64,000 nt of DNA, taken from Bacillota bacterium (GTDB lineage Bacteria; Bacillota; Desulfotomaculia; Desulfotomaculales; JBFMEU01). The DNA lies in the NCBI GenBank assembly GCA_040753155.1, contig JBFMEU010000003.1:5045-69044 (forward strand), read 5' to 3'. Position numbers and translations under genes: made by a program. Below, in pieces: positions 62,600 to 64,000 of the stretch. Numbering within the stretch: the stretch's first letter is position 1; each line of letters begins with the position of its first letter. The notes beneath the pieces were generated by a model. That model was given only the letters and a program-made list of their open reading frames with translations, had not been told where the DNA came from and ran no database searches.

Positions 62600-64000
62600 A
62601 TGTTATACCGGAGTACCAGGGGAGAGGACCTGTCCGTGTCATCTTCCGAAGCCATCAAAATGGGCCTTGCCCCTGACGGGGGCCTGTTTGTGCCCGCCAG
62701 CCCGGTTACCGTCAGCAGTGATTTCCTGGCCGGCCTGGTTAAAGCAAGCTACCACCACCGGGCCAGGGCCATCCTGGAGCTTTTCCTGACGGATTTCACC
62801 CCGGAAGAACTGGACGGCTGTGTTGCCGGGGCATACAGCAGCGAAAAATTTAACCATCCGGACATTGCGCCGGTGGTCATGCTAAACAACCGGGAGTATA
62901 TCCTGGAACTCTGGCACGGCCCCACCTGCGCCTTTAAGGACATGGCCCTGCAAATACTGCCCCGGCTGATGCCCCTGGCGGCAACCAAAACCGGCGAGCA
63001 GGACGAGATCGTGATTCTGGTGGCCACCTCAGGAGATACGGGCAAGGCAGCCCTGGAGGGCTTTATGGATGTGCCCGGGACCCGGATCATCGTATTCTAC
63101 CCGGAAGAAGGAGTAAGCCAGGTTCAAAAAACACAAATGGTGACTCAGGAGGGCCGCAATGTCAGCGTGGTGGCTGTAAGGGGAAACTTTGACGACGCCC
63201 AGACCGGGGTTAAGGAAATTTTCAGCGACCGGGCTCTCAGCCGGTCCCTCAAACAGTCCGGCTACCGCTTTTCTTCGGCCAACTCCATCAACTGGGGACG
63301 CCTGGTGCCGCAGATTGTTTATTACTTTTCCGCCTACCTGGACCTGATCAGGGACGGGGAAATAACCGCCGGCCAGCCGGTTAACTTTGTGGTGCCCACG
63401 GGCAATTTCGGCAATATTCTGGCCGGCTGCTATGCCCGCCGCATGGGCCTGCCGGTGGGACGCCTGATCTGCGCCGCCAACCGCAACAACGTGCTTACGG
63501 ATTTTATCCGCACCGGCGTCTATGACCGGAACCGCGCCTTCCACCGGACCACCTCACCGTCCATGGACATTCTAATCTCCAGCAACCTGGAGCGGCTCCT
63601 TTTTGAAATAACCCGCAGCCCCGGCCAGGTGGGTGATTGGATGCGGCAACTGCGGGAAACCGGCCGCTATACAGTTGACCCGGCCACCCGCCAGGAAATT
63701 CAGGACATTTTCTGGTCGGACTTTGCCGATGATTTGGAAACTGCCCGGACCATCAGGGAAACCTACCTCAAGCACGGTTATGTCATGGACACTCACACCG
63801 CCGTGGGCCGCAACGTTTATACCAAATACCGGCAGGAAACCGCGGACGGCGCCAGAACCATCCTGGTTTCCACAGCCAGTCCCTTTAAGTTTAATGAGAG
63901 TGTGGTCAGGGCCATTCTGGGGCCGGCAGCCATAAGCGGCAAAACTGAGTTTCAGCTGCTGGAAGTGTTATCCCGGACCACCGGCCTGACCATCCCCCGG
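62600..64000 (+). CDS. thrC: threonine synthase (3' end beyond the window)
   Basis: Absent from the ORF track because there is no stop in the window. AGGAGG-9nt-ATG at 62600. Translation reads MLYRSTRGEDLSVSSSEAIKMGLAPDGGLFVP...HGPTCAFKDMALQ (PLP lysine)...ATSGDTGKAA. Confidence 0.9.
   Translation, partial: MLYRSTRGEDLSVSSSEAIKMGLAPDGGLFVPASPVTVSSDFLAGLVKASYHHRARAILELFLTDFTPEELDGCVAGAYSSEKFNHPDIAPVVMLNNREYILELWHGPTCAFKDMALQILPRLMPLAATKTGEQDEIVILVATSGDTGKAALEGFMDVPGTRIIVFYPEEGVSQVQKTQMVTQEGRNVSVVAVRGNFDDAQTGVKEIFSDRALSRSLKQSGYRFSSANSINWGRLVPQIVYYFSAYLDLIRDGEITAGQPVNFVVPTGNFGNILAGCYARRMGLPVGRLICAANRNNVLTDFIRTGVYDRNRAFHRTTSPSMDILISSNLERLLFEITRSPGQVGDWMRQLRETGRYTVDPATRQEIQDIFWSDFADDLETARTIRETYLKHGYVMDTHTAVGRNVYTKYRQETADGARTILVSTASPFKFNESVVRAILGPAAISGKTEFQLLEVLSRTTGLTIPR

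Overview
This is a 64-kb chromosomal window from a GC-rich, spore-forming Firmicute. By gene content it looks like a Clostridia / Peptococcaceae-type organism; this is an inference and no search was run. The backbone is the conserved Bacillus 'yqe-yqf' housekeeping region, almost entirely on the minus strand. Right to left it reads: holA, (rpsT on +), spoIIP, lepA, hrcA-[thermosome-like chaperonin]-grpE-dnaK-dnaJ, prmA, rsmE, mtaB, HIT, rpsU, a selenium module (selD and yedF on +), yqfC, yqfD, phoH, pgpH, ybeY, dgkA, cdd, era, mgtE, recO, glyQS behind a T-box, ccpN-PDRP-ppdK, thpR, dgt-dnaG-sigA, a 4-tRNA operon, RNase P RNA, then ftsK and lgt on +. Several features are not visible in the ORF track:
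- rnpB, four tRNAs, rpsU (58 aa), the T-box, CIRCE, and two edge-truncated genes (MBL hydrolase, thrC).
- A Sec-containing selD with a TTG start.
- A small UGA-containing candidate selenoprotein that the track splits.
- A PDRP gene that must start on a non-canonical codon.

Most interesting observations:
1. A divergent selenoprotein/selD/yedF module.
2. An archaeal-type chaperonin inside the CIRCE-controlled dnaK operon.
3. Four unrelated families of near-identical interspersed non-autonomous elements colonising the junctions of core operons, almost all in one orientation.
   - Family A: a 133-nt multi-hairpin element with no TIR or TSD.
   - Family B: a 130-229-nt structured element bounded by TTTAT.
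   - Family C: GTAAC-TIR elements with 8-bp TSDs, derived from a four-helix-bundle (23S-IVS/Avd-like) gene.
   - Family D: a ~300-bp TIR element flanked by TA.
   - Several copies donate stop codons or C-terminal tails to host genes, or sit inside leaders.
4. Accessory patches: decayed helicase-system remnants plus HEPN/MNT and HicAB next to rnpB and the tRNAs, and a mosaic of IS3 fragment, Phd-PIN, IS66 fragment and an AT-rich two-gene nucleotidyltransferase cassette downstream of ppdK.

No CRISPR array, rRNA or intact transposase was seen.
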